Assembly: GCA_965153355.1 (NCBI GenBank)
Contig: OZ231126.1
Coordinates: 46,376,001 to 46,440,000 of the forward strand
Length of the DNA: 64,000 nucleotides
Reading direction: 5' to 3'
From: Flaccisagitta enflata
Lineage: Eukaryota
The notes under the pieces were generated by a model. It did not search any database. It worked only from the letters and a program-made list of their open reading frames with translations, and had not been told where the DNA came from. The number at the start of each line of letters is the position of its first letter. Positions within the stretch are counted from its first letter, which is position 1. A program made the position numbers and the translations under genes. Shown here one piece after another: positions 18,812-31,501 of this stretch.

Positions 18812-19172
18812 TCTCTCTCTCTCTCTCTCCCTCCTTTCCCTTGTCTTTTGCTGTCAAACAAAGAAACATCTGCTCCAAAACAGGATCTGCTTTCTCCAAA
18901 CTTCCTTTGATCATTCATGCGTTGCTCAATAATTGTCTATGGTGTTTAATATCACTTTGTCTGTGACATGAAATGACTTTATAACCTCTCCACCTTCTTC
19001 CTTTTGCCATTCCTCTTATCTTTCTCCGACAAAAGACTAAAAGAGCAGTCTCTTAAGTCTCTGACTGTCTTCTTTTTTTCTTTCTGTATCTCTGTCTGTC
19101 TTTGTCTGTCCATCATTTTATCTGTTTGTCCATCTTTGTCCATCTCTTTGTCTGTCCACCTCTTTATCTCTT

Positions 19173-19260
<88 letters not shown>

Positions 19261-20216
19261 GTTTAGGTTAAGGATTTTCTCCTTGGTTTTCCTCCATTTC
19301 GAAACTTGATTAGTCTTGGATCACCTCTCAATTAGTTTATCCAATGAATCAATTATGGCGACGGATGCAAACTTAAGCAGCCAACTGATGGACCTACAGG
19401 CTTTATGATGTTGACAGTGATTCTGATCGCTGTATTCTACCCACACGCACTCAGCGTTGAACAAAAACGCCTTTGTAAGGTGTGTATTACTTGGTAGGGG
19501 TTGGTTGAAAAGACAAGGGATAGTAATGGACATTGGAGGGATGGTAAGCAACTTGGAAGAGGCAGGAAAGCGTAGAATTGGGGGGGGGGCATCATCGGGT
19601 GCTTTCATTTTGGGGTGAGAGGATGCATCTTATCCGATTAGGCGTCTCAATGAGGTTTCGAGATTCAGCTTCAAAGAGGAATTTTTCAGAAGGTTCATAG
19701 TTTAATCGTGTTACGAAGTTGCCTTGCAATCATACCCACTTTGAACATGATCGCTTGATAAGAGAGAGAGAAAGAGAAAGAGGGAGAGGGAGAAAGAGGG
19801 AGAGGAAGGAAGAGAGAGTGAAAGGGAGAGAGAGAGATTAGAATGACAGGTTGACAGCAGGAAGCATTGATGATGCTTGTGGAGTTACACATTTTAAGCT
19901 GACGTTGCTGCTTTGTTTGCCTTGGCGCATATTTTTATCCATTTTCATTCTCCGCTCTGTAGGTCTTAGTAGTTGGTGGGTTCGTCGACTTATTAATGAA
20001 GTTCCGACATTCGAAACTATGTTCATAAAAATGAACGAAGTTCCGACGTCGGAACTTCGTGAAAAAATGAACAACAGCTTCTCATTTGACTGTCGGAACT
20101 ATGTGAAGGAAACATAATTGAGTGAATACTACAAAAAACTCAATTTGATCATCTAAGCAAACTTATAACCACTCGCAGTGCATTTCATTATCTGTTCTGT
20201 TCTCTGTTGATTTCGA

Positions 20217-20265
<49 letters not shown>

Positions 20266-20828
20266 GTCTATCTATCTATCTATCTATATTTATATCTCGC
20301 TTTCTCTCTCACCTCTAAAGAATTGAAATATGACCGATTACAGTCTAAATCACGCTCAGTGAGTAACAAATCAATGTCAACATCTTTCAATCTCTAAATC
20401 CCAAAAGCTTACACTTTTTTTAAAAGAACATCATTCTTTTTCAAAGGCTTCATGTTCTTATTTTCAAGGCCAAATGAAGCCTTTAATGTGCTAAGAACGC
20501 TCTTGATTCAAAGTACTATATAAACTATAAAAAAACCTAGAATGTAGTTCAATTATACTAAATATACTTCAGGAGCGGAATAGCAATAAAACATCGTATT
20601 TTGTTTTAGTTACGGACGGACAGACCGACCAACATAGCAAGTTCAAGATCAAGAGTCACGAGTCGCGAGTCCGCGACTAAAAACGAGAGGGGAAAGGGAC
20701 AATGAGATGATCATGACAACGAATGGACATGCAAGGACATGGTTACAGACAGGCAGACAAGATGGACGTGGACGACAGACAGACAGACAGGCAGACAGAC
20801 AGACAGTGACAGTGACAGTTGCAGACAT

Positions 20829-20886
<58 letters not shown>

Positions 20887-20892
<6 letters not shown>

Positions 20893-22660
20893 TCGGAGGA
20901 GGTGCCGGTGGAGAATAGGAATAAGGATTTGGTGTTGCCGGGGGTCCGCAGGTGGCGGTGGCGGTGGAGAAGGACGAGGAGAGGAAGAAGAAGAGCAGGA
21001 CGGAAGTGGTGGACATGGTGGGATCCTACCGGATGTGTAGAGGTTCCAACGCCTTGACGGAAGAATTTGATGAGTGGCAGTACTCGACCGAAGCGCAGAG
21101 GGACATCATGGCCTCCAACTTGGCGGCCTTGGTGTTCTTCCATGTCGGTCCGAAGCGCTACCCCAATGTGTACGTGGCCCAACTGATAAAAGTCGATGGC
21201 GAGATGGACTGGGTCCTGGTCGAGGATGGCTTCGACATCTACAAAATCGGCCATGCGATGGGCTCACGCCTGCGTCACCTGTCGGTGCAGTTGTGGTGCA
21301 GTCAGGGGCAGGTGAAGATGGCGATGCGGAGATATGCGAAGAAGCCGGGGGTGTGTACGGCGCACGGGCTGTGGGAGCCGGAGACGAGGGAGCCGCCGCG
21401 GTGGCCGTGTTTGCGCGGCGACTCGGCGATGGAGGAGCATGAGGTGGTGGTGAGATTTAAGGAAGCGGTGGCGACGGAGGACGCGAAGAAGAGGAAGGGG
21501 AAGCTGAGGATTGCGGAGTTGGATGGACTGCTGACGGCGGAGATGGATAAGTGGAGGAAGAGAGATATGAAGTGGAACTCGAAAGGTGACGTGGGGCCAG
21601 AAAGGGCAGTGAGGATGCCCAATCAACTGTGGGGGTGCCCTCTCCTTCCTGAGTGGCGAGGTGCAGGGGCAGTGGCGGACGTGGGGCCGGAGCCGAGGGA
21701 TTTGGAAGCGGACGACGTGGTGGTGCGAAGACAGGGGGAGGGAGGAGAAGTTGAGGATGAGGAAGAGGGGGCGCGGGGGGAGTGGATGAAGAAGCAGGAG
21801 AGGCAGAAGAAGAAGAATCTAAAGTTTAGGGAGAATAGGAGGAAGAGGCAGTTGGAATACAAGGAGGAGAGAGATGGGCTGAAAGAGAAGATTGAGGAGA
21901 AGAGAAAGCAGATGGACGAGGTAAAGGCAGAGGTGGAGCGGGAGAAGAAGGAAAAGTTGGAAGAGATGCAGCGGGAGATGGAGGAGATGGAAAAGGAGAT
22001 GAAAGAAAAGGCGAAGGAAAGGAAGGAAAGGGAGAAGCCCTCAAAGAAGAAGAAGAAGCAGGAGGAGGAGGGTGCTGCCGGGGGTGCTCCTGTAGCCTTA
22101 CCCCAAAGGCTGACCCACCGACGTCGTCTTCTTCATCCTCTTCAAAGAAGGGAAAGGGGAAGCATTCGGAGGGGGGGAAGGCGATGGCTGCCGCTGCGGC
22201 AGATTCATCCATCCTCCCACCGGCGCTGTCCCCCAACCCTCAAAGACAACACCGGCAAACTGGCCGTGGATCTGGCCGTGGTAATGGCCGCGGCCGTGGA
22301 GGCTGGCGCCGCGACCACGGCGGTTTTTGGCCGAACCAGTCGCTGAATGATGAAGACTTGTCGCGGCGGTATAGGGAGGCGACGCCCTTCCTCCCCAACG
22401 CGTCATTTTCCACACCCCCGTCGAGCTTTGAGGATTTTTTTCGCGGGGTGTGTCTGCTAGGGCGAAGTGCGGCATCGGAGGCGATGGCATCCGTTGCCAC
22501 ATCGTCGCCAACCGCTTCCCGCCCCCGGCATCATGGACGCGGTCAGCGTCATGGGCATCAGCAGCAGCAGCGTCAGCAACGACCGTCTGCCGCCGATCCT
22601 GACGCGCAGCGCGACCCACAGCCACCAGGACAGCGTGGCGCGGCGCCTTCGCGTCGCTAG
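20887..22660 (+). pseudogene. GC-rich intronless orphan ORF (globular N-terminus, E/K coiled coil, RG/Q-rich tail) with two apparent frameshifts
   Basis: ATG 20887 (MESEEVPVENRNKDLVLPG) is out of frame with the 464-codon ORF 20952-22346. Near 22105 a second shift joins it to KADPPTSSSSSSSKKGKGKHSEGGKAM and ORF 22184-22660. Codons are strongly G/C-ending. No family recognised. Confidence 0.5.
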
Positions 22661-23384
22661 GCGCGTCTTGCGCCGCACCTTTCGCCGTCCGTTCGTCCGC
22701 TCATCCAGGTGACTTTATCTTTGGTCTTTCCTCTGTTTTTTGAGGCGGGACGGTGTGACTAGGTTGGAATGGGATTCCAACGGGGGGACTGGGGAATATC
22801 GTTGATATTTTGGCATTTGGCGCCTTTGTATTGCGATCAATTTCATTGTCTTTTCGTTGGCGTTGCTATTCATTTGCTTGTGATGATATATTTGATTATC
22901 TGGATGCATTCTTTCTTTCAGTTAATCAGTGTATCTTAACAAGCAATTCAACCTGGAAGCACTTTGGGGATTACAGTGGAACCTGTGGTGAGTGTACTTG
23001 AATGTATTTGTTGACAATTGATTTGAATTGATTGAGGTAGTTACTGATGATACACACTAGCTAGTTAGCTGTAGATATTAACCAATCCTTTCCCCCCTCT
23101 CTCTCTTGTTTCTCCTTCCTTCTCTCCCTGTATATAATAGTTTAAATACACTTTCTTACCTAGTGATTAGAGATAGCATCCACAGACTGACGATGGGATC
23201 AGCGCCACCGGAAGTGACGCTATCGACGTGATTGGCGTAACAATGACGCCTCCTATGTCGAAGTGCGCCTTCCAACCGGGAAGTCGAGTGGACAGGCGAG
23301 ATCCCGAGACGGTGTGAGATGTGGGGTGTGGCTTTTTATATCTATACTAGCAATATGACTGTCTAGCAAATGGCAATCTTGCCA

Positions 23385-23785
23385 GAAATCCCTAATTCTG
23401 GCCTTTGATCCATCATTTTGGCCCCTAAGACCTATATTGTGGCCTCTGATACCTAGATTCTGACCAGATTTGGGCCATTTTGCTTGGATTTGGGCCATTA
23501 TGCTTGGATTTGGGCCATTTTGCTTAGATTTGGGCCATATTGCTTGGATTTGGGCAATTTAGCAAAATTTGGGTCAGAATAGGCCCCAAAGGAGACGAAA
23601 CCCTGAGGATGGGGCAGGGGGGGGATGAACAAATGAACGGACAGACGGACGGACAGATTCCCCCTGTGTTCTACAGGACTTCGTCCCCTTCGGGGCCGCT
23701 GCCCTGCTCTCCCTCAACTTAAATCACACACTACTCAGGCAGGGCACGAGTAACGCTTATCACTTACTGCCTTTGGGCTGCCATA
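23385..23785. mobile_element. DINE-1/HINE-like element, family B (also about 26782-27283, 40346-40975, 41088-41740, 49870-50324, 60365-61465)
   Basis: Shared core CCCCCTGTGTTCTACAGGACTTCGTCCCCTTCGGGGCCGCTGCCC plus copy-specific minisatellites, e.g. TGCTTGGATTTGGGCCATT and CTCAGACCCCAAATCAGGCCT. Confidence 0.7.
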
Positions 23786-24928
23786 TATCTTATCAGACTT
23801 GCTCGCGCGAATAACCGTCTTCCAAACGCGCAGTTGAAGGCACCCGTACTGGCCGTAGTCAACTAGTGCTGATCAGTGATTATGGAGGTAATCCCATTTC
23901 GAAAAGATTTTTTTGCTCAAATTCATTCCTTCGAACACAACGCTCCCGCGGTTAAAATAGATCATTTTGATAGAAAAATTGTTATTACTGACTCATTTGG
24001 GTCTGACTCATTTGGGTTTAAACTAGCATGCGATGCCTTTCTCCTTTCTCAAAAAATCTTGGTGATATCTTTTATTGAGCAGGATTCTTTCCTTGTCTAA
24101 ACAACCCTTTTTGTTGTATATGGAACATGAGACTGCAATATGTAAATGATGAAATGACTAAATCCGCCAGGGCTAGGTAATTGTCTATGTAGTCCTCACT
24201 TTGAGTGCGCCTAGCCACCTCCTTATGAGGGCGTATCCATCAATCATTGGGTCGGTGCGTTGCCGCGTCAGTGAGGCGGTCCGTCTGTCCGTCTTTTACA
24301 CTTGAGTCACAATGACAGACCCTATTCTTCGCATCGCGCTGCTCCTTCCTAGTGTCTGACAGGCAGACTAGTGAGACTACATCACTGCGTCTGCCCACCC
24401 ACACACAACCATAGTTGCCGAATGCCAACCTGTCGTATATCCGACCTTGCGTTTACTTTTCAGTCGCTGGTGTGTCCGTAGGAAGGTATGCACGTATGCA
24501 GGTATAAAGGTTGATAACGCGAAATCATGGATGACGCGAAATCCGCGGAGGTGATGACCTCTGAGTATTACGGCGCCTGTCCAGCCACATAACAGCCCTC
24601 GCGCTGCCCAATGCTACCACTGCCCATCCGCATTACTGCCCCTGTCCATCAACCAGTGCAGCGACTACTTATCGACCGTGTATACGGCCTTGTTTTTTTA
24701 AAGGTAGGTATTTCATGTATTTTGGGTAGACACGGTCAAATTCCACACTTGAACATAACAAATGTCAATTTGATGGCTCATGGGTGGCGATTCGGGGTCA
24801 TAAGTCAGTCGGCATCATGCCTCGACTCGAACCGCATTTCGGAAAAAAAGCATCATGAAAATTATGACTCTGAGGAGATATATGATCATCGTCGATAAGG
24901 GTTGATGATGAAGAGGAGGAGGAGAAAA

Positions 24929-25009
<81 letters not shown>

Positions 25010-25159
25010 AATGATGATGTTGATGAGGAGGAGGAGGAGAAATGATGATGATGATGATGATGGATGATGACGATGACGATGATGATGATTATGATGATGA
25101 TGATGATGACCATGATGATGATGTGGATGATGTGATATTGTGACGATGATGTTATGTTG

Positions 25160-25220
<61 letters not shown>

Positions 25221-25221
25221 A

Positions 25222-25319
<98 letters not shown>

Positions 25320-25331
25320 AATGTTGTATTG

Positions 25332-25419
<88 letters not shown>

Positions 25420-25420
25420 A
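24929..25420. repeat. (GAT)n microsatellite complex
   Basis: About 490 nt of mostly GAT repeats; source of the poly-H/S/I/D/M pseudo-ORFs. Confidence 0.95.
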
Positions 25421-28228
25421 AGGAGAGGGGGCAAGAGGAGGCAGGAGGGGGAGGAGAGGGGGCAGGTGGAGGTTGGAGGAGGACGTTAACATTCCGGCAG
25501 AAAGGAGGATATCACTCCAAATTTTTGCGGCTTTTCGTGGGAGAAAATCGATGTTTTCGAGGTAGAAAGAGCAAAATAGAAGGTTTTTTTCTGCACGAAT
25601 TTTGCCTTCTAATGAAAACAAGGCCGTATACACTTCCCCTAAGTCGCGGACGGGTTGGAAAGAGCGGAAAACATAAATGTGACTGACCGACGGACCGAAG
25701 GACCGACCGACACGGCAAGTTCTAGAGTCGCGTGTCCGCGACTAAAAAGTCAAATAATTTGACCACTAAACTGAGTCTCTTTTCATTGGCATCAAACCAC
25801 TGCGCTGCAAGGATTATGACAAAAGATAAAAGATGCACATTGATTTGGACATCAGCTGATCAGCGTGGAACCGATCAAATGTTTGTCGCATCATTGTTTT
25901 ATTGTGAATGAAATCAGGCCTCTTTGATTCTGGGGCAGCGAGCAGCGCCGCTTGTTGGCAGGGTAAGAAGGATATCGGCAGGTCCCGGAAGAAGATGGAG
26001 AAGAAGGAGAAGGTGGGGAAGAAGGAAGAAGAAGGCGAAGACAAAGACTTAATAAGGGGAGAAATGATGGTTGAAGAATAGCATTGATGTTGGCTGTAGG
26101 ATGATTTGCATATAGCAATTTTTAGATTACCGCTCCATTGCAATGTCGCTGATTTGATTTATAGTCAATATGAATTGGAATCATATCTTGAACTAAATCT
26201 CTATTTATTGTAAAATAGAGGGAGGAATTCTCATGATTATTGGTTAGTTGTCAACGTCTCTCTGCGTTTTACGTAGCATTTCGCATCAGATTTGCACTGA
26301 TGAATAATAACCATTAAAAAACTCTACCACTCGATATTGTTCGTAGGTAGATCTTTCATTTCTTGTCTGTAGAGGTGAGACTCATGCTGGACTCATGTCT
26401 AGATGTGAATTTGTTCACTGCTCAGTTAATTCCAAAATGTATTTAAGCGTGATTAGCATGTTAGGCATCATGCTGCTATAGAGTGCGATGGGGGGGGGCT
26501 TCACTTTACCTGGTCAGCAGCTTTGCAGGAAAGAATTTTGCTTCTCAGCAGAAAAGAAGAATCAAGAGGCCTGTGTATGATATCAGTACTATGATACTCC
26601 TATGATCGTATATAATATTGTTCCACTTTTCGTAAAACAACGCCGGATATGCGGCTACCGCAGTCTCGTGCGGGTGAGCAGGGGCAGTATTTAAGGTGAC
26701 TAGAGAATTTGCACATGTGCAGAACTGCAGATATCAATTCATAGGACTATTTTGATTAGGGATACACTAAAAAAAAAAAAAACAGGTCGCCCAAGGGCAA
26801 TATGTGGTCAGCGATACCTGTGCCCTGCTTTGCATGGTTGTAAATCGAATGAGAGGGAGTGCAGGGCAGTCGCCCCAAAGGGACGAAGTCTTGCAGAACA
26901 CAGGGGGACTTTTGTTCGTCCATTCGTCCATCTGTCAGTCTCCCCAGGCCCCTCTCAGGCTCTGAATGCTCTTCCAGGCCTGAAATTACTCCTCTTAGTT
27001 TAAAATCTTCCCTCTCAGGCCTTGAATCTGAGAGGGCAGATTTTAGGCTTGAGGGGACAGGTTTCAGGCCATAGAAAGCGGATTTCAGGCCTGAGAGGGC
27101 AGATTCAAGGCCTGAGAGTAGAGTTTACAAGCCTGAGAGGGCAGATTTTGGGCCTGAGATGGCTACTTCAGGCCTGAGAGGGCCTGGGGGGACTAATGAA
27201 CAAATGGACAAACGGACGAATGGACGAACAAAAGTCCTCCTGTGGTCTACAGGACTTCGTCCCCTTCGGGGCCGCTGCCCAAAAACACTGTGCGGCGGCT
27301 TTTCCTTGTTTTATCTACCGCTAATCAAAAGATGTAAGTCAGGGACTGGGAAAATGGTGGCAAAAAGTAAGTCAGTAAAAATTTGACGGCGAAAAAGTAG
27401 GGCTTTCTTTACCTTACCTTTGACCGAAGAAGGAAATTCAAAACTTAACGGCAAAGATTATATTCTTGCCATTGGTTCGTTTCAGTCTTGAGGTGGAATT
27501 TTTAGTTCTCGTGTCCTTCTTGAGTCCCTTCTTTTTTTTAGATAGCGTCATCAATGTGAAGTTTGACGTCATGGAACCTTATTTTTACGCAATTTGCGTC
27601 ATGAGTTGTTTTAAGGAGCGCCTTTTTTGTTCTCCTTTCCCAGGTGGCAAGGTCTTCGAGCAAAATTGGCATGATAGTGGGCATTTTTTGCGGGAATGTT
27701 TTTTCTGAACGTCTAATCTCTATTTGGGAAAGCGTGCTCGCCAGTAGCCACGCAACAAATTTGTCGATCGGTCCGTCGGTAGGTCACTCTATAAATAAGA
27801 CGTGTGTGATGATGCATGACCTGAAAAAGGTCGAAATGCTAAAAATTGCTGATAACTTAGCAAGTTAGCAATCGCTAGGACAGCCATATTAATTCAAAAT
27901 CACGGCACATTCTAGCACTTCATGCTTTGAGAAAAAGCTTCAGACAAATGCGAAAAAGGGAATTCCAAGTAGGATATAATCCATTCATTCCCGCTGGCAC
28001 AGCAATGCCTTAGAAACCAGTACTAAAGTTTAATTCCCCCCTTGTCAACATTTGATCGTCTGACTTTGTACCTCTCGCTTATATCGAGGTTAAATGTGGG
28101 ACAACTTTCATGAGTCAGAAATGACAAAAATTGACAGAAATAGACAAAAATGTCGATTCGGGTCATGAAAGAAGGTTAAAAGATCAAAATCGCGTGATGG
28201 CTCTGGTTTTTGAATTTCAATTTAATAT

Positions 28229-28521
28229 AAACAAGGCCAAGTAGGCCAACGATGCGTCCTCTTTGAATGAACATTTTTTATGAATGAATGTTTTTTTTTA
28301 TAATTGAATGTCATTTGTGAATGAATGAATGAATGATTGAATGAATGAAATACTTGATGTAAGCTTCTTTTACGGGGGTAGAACCACTTTTTCTGTTGAA
28401 AATGCTTGATTTTGATGTTTTTAATGAATGCGGCTAATGCAATTCTCAACCTACCGACCAACCGACCAACCAACCAACCGACGGACACAGCCTATTATAG
28501 AGATGCGAGGACGCATCTAAA
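28229..28521. mobile_element. DINE-1/HINE-like element, family C (also about 39380-39652, 52392-52684, 56391-56525)
   Basis: AACAAGGCCAAGTAGGCCAA...(GAAT)n...(CCAA/CCGA)n...TATAGAGATGCGAGGACGCATCTAAAAA with a terminal hairpin. Confidence 0.65.
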
Positions 28522-29047
28522 AATTGCAGTGATGCAGAATCGATCCCTGATTTTTTGACAAGTAGATCAATGCGTGACCGACGTGACGTGACGTGACGTG
28601 ACTAATGGAAAGTAGATAGCGATAGACACAAAAAATTAGAATTTCTGACAGACGCGCCGGTGCACCGGACAAACCGTTTGTACAGGAATAGATATGCGCG
28701 TTTCCGCAATTTGCAACTCGAGCGTCACGCACTAACCAACGGGCGGACAGACGGGCAAAGCCACTTTTATAATTGCATGTCCGCAACTAATTAGACGCTT
28801 TTTGCGGTTTCCAGTTTGCCCGTGGCTATACAGTATGCTCCCCATCGAGATTGTCGTTTTCATTCGATCTCGCATGTTTAAAACCAGTTCACGAAAAATG
28901 CGTTTTAAAAAATTACGAAAACTCAATCAACTGGTTTTTCGAGTTCGGTGTCCACCGGCTCATTGTGATTTCGCTATTATTTGGTTTTTTTGCCTCTGCT
29001 CCCAAAATTTTCCCTCTAACCATATATTTCTTTTACTCCATCGGCAG

Positions 29048-29879
29048 ACTGATATATCCTTGTCGATCTATATGCACGGCGGTTAAAGCTGGCTGCGAAG
29101 AACGAATGCTGGCTTACGGTTTCGCCTGGCCGGAGATGCTCAATTGCGACAAGTTTCCCCTGGACAACGACCTCTGCATCAAACCGCAGGCGCACATGCA
29201 ACCGGTCGACAATTCCTGCGACGCTTGTCAGCAATCGCACACCTTCGAAGGAATCATGGACAACTTTTGCCGCGCGGGGTTGGTAGTTCGAGCCAAAATC
29301 AGCGAGAAAAAGCGACGAGGAGACGGGAGCTTGGAGTTGGTGCTCAGCAAGAGCAAAATCTACAAGTACGGCGGCTCTCGCGGTAGCCGCAGACGCGATC
29401 GTAAATCCGCAGGAGGAAAGAAAGAACCTTTGCACATCTTTCTGGAGAATGGAAACACCTGCGATTGTCCCATCATTTCGACGATGGGCAAGAAAGACAT
29501 TTTCTTAATCATGGCCAATCGCGTCGAAGACCGTTGGGTCGTTTCATTCATCATGAAGAAACCGAAAAAGTCGCGAGATTTCCGGCGCGCCGTGAAAAAG
29601 TTTAACGATAACCCGTGCAGCAAAGCCGTCGAGTTCATGACCTCGGAGACGCAGAAAATGACCGGCACCACTGGCGCTAAAGGCAGCGCCAAAGATACTT
29701 CGACCAAGAGCAGCCGGAGCAAAAATAGCGAGGGTCGGCAGACGAGAAACCAAAGATCGCGGAAGAGGCAACGACAAAACCAACTTCAAAAACGGCTGCA
29801 GCAACGTGCGGGGAAAAGGCGTCAACAGCAGCAGAAGCAGCAACAACCGCAATCTCCTACAGTTCCTTCAAAGCAATAG
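29048..29879 (+). CDS. Secreted frizzled-related protein (sFRP1/2/5-like), 3' coding exon: C-terminal half of the CRD, NTR domain and basic tail
   Basis: Acceptor TTTTACTCCATCGGCAG|29048 (phase 2), then LIYPCRSICTAVKAGCEERMLAYGFAWPEMLNCDKFPLDNDLCI (CRD) and CDACQ...IMDNFCRAGLVVRAKI...CDCP...FLIMA...FRRAVKKF...PC (NTR); stop TAG 29877-29879. The signal peptide and N-terminal CRD exon were not found in the window. Confidence 0.9.
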
Positions 29880-31181
29880 TGAAATAACTGTATTTTCCTA
29901 TTGCACTATGAAGCCGTGCTTGCCAGTCTTGCAAATGACCTTTTCCCTGATAAATACTATATATAATTTAAAAACTACATGAATGATGTAATTATTATGT
30001 AATATGTAAACATCTTTTATTCCTTAGTTGAGAGCCGATGATCAATGAGAAGCCTCTTGCGTCCCTCTGGGACTTGTTTTAATACTTACATGAGTATGAC
30101 ATGCTGTTTTACCCTTTTATCGACGCTGTGAATTCCCTATATGCCCCACCCCTTGGACCCCACTTCCAGTATTGACGTAGGCAAAGTATTAAAAAAAGCT
30201 GAATTTACATTGAAACCCGTTATAAAGACTTCTGGAGGGCTCGTATCCATTTTTTTGGTAGATACCTTCATCTGATAACGAACCTCTTGCCTTTTATTGA
30301 GTTTGTCGAAGCAAGCTTTTGATTGATTAGAGTAGTTGTTTAGCCTTGTAGGTTATACATAGTTGACTCTAGTTGTCATTTATCGCACGTTTTTTTTTTG
30401 TCTGCTCTAATTCGCGCCCATTGTGCTTATAAATTTTAAAGAATTAGTACATTAACTCTCTGATTAGCCCCAAATTCATGATAATGAAAGTGTTTTTCTG
30501 ATTCGTTGTTCATTAAAGCCGGCATTATTTTATGTATGCCGCGCTGGCAGCTTCAAACCTAACTTGGCGCACGCACCAGCATTGGTGCTAGTTTGAAAAA
30601 CCTTCAATATTCATTTGTGCATGTTAAGCTGAAGAGTGCCATCGAGATAATTAAATCGAGCCCGAGAACAAGGCGACAGACTGAATCTATGCAAATTAGC
30701 CCGCAGGATGGTTACTGGTTAGTATTATTCTAAGAGAAGTACGGGGTCATTAATCACAAATGGCAAAAAAAATATTTAGCTTTTTTTGAAGATGGCTGGC
30801 AAGGCTGTTTTTTCTTTAACTTGCTTTCATTTCTATATGGTTTGAGCTGGAAATGCCGGATTGGGCTAATATTAAAGATATTTAGATGTAATTTTTGCAA
30901 TTGGAATGTTGAAACCGTTTCTGAATAACCATGTAGGGAAAAAGGTGTTTAAAAGATCTTTAAAAAATTTATTTCTGGGACCTGGGGAAACCTAAGAAGC
31001 CAGATCACTGATCAGAAGAATAGTTGAGCTTCACTAGAACACATGCCAAGGGATTGAGCAAATTTATGCCCTGTATTTACGCTGCTCAATTGCCAATGTG
31101 CAAATAACTACAGAATCATCTGTTATGCCTTAAAGGGTATGCCCTAAAAGCAGATGTGCTCTAGCGATGCCTCACTATATA

Positions 31182-31501
31182 GTAGGGTGGCTTTAAGTGG
31201 GATCATTTTCAAAATTCATGTTGCCATTGGAGATAATGAGACCATCTCCATCATAAATGAGAATTCCAAAGTTTGGGGGTAATCAGATAAAGTTTACTCA
31301 TGACCGCCACCCCCCTTTTTTCTATAGAAAATGTACAGAAAAGATTTCTTCTTATAATAGGAAATGGGTGGGGTGGCGGTCATGTGTAAACTTTTTTTGA
31401 TCACCCTCAAATCTTGGATTCTTAATGTATCAGGGAAATGATCATATTTTCTCCGATGGTATCATGAAATTTGACTATGAGCCCACTTTAGGCCAACCTA
31501 C
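31182..31501. mobile_element. Degenerate MITE in a TA-rich site
   Basis: GTAGGGTGGCTTTAAGTGGG...CCCACTTTAGGCCAACCTAC with degenerate internal inverted symmetry, flanked by TATA. Confidence 0.6.

Noticed and set aside
22098-22110. CCCAAAG as a programmed -1 frameshift site
   Set aside because: The heptamer is not in the X-XXY-YYZ register relative to the upstream ORF frame; mutation or sequencing error is more likely.
23120-23200. SL RNA gene around the orphan GTAAGA donor
   Set aside because: No Sm-binding site (AUUUUUG-like) or stem-loops follow the donor.
24815-25686. Poly-His/Ser/Ile/Asp/Met ORFs, and similar ER/SL/CV/FFLS ORFs elsewhere
   Set aside because: Translations of microsatellites, with no coding signal.
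28851-29047. Track N-terminus of the 342-aa sFRP ORF as a signal peptide
   Set aside because: AT-rich intronic sequence with a non-ATG start; it lacks the N-terminal CRD cysteines and a clean acceptor exists at 29047.
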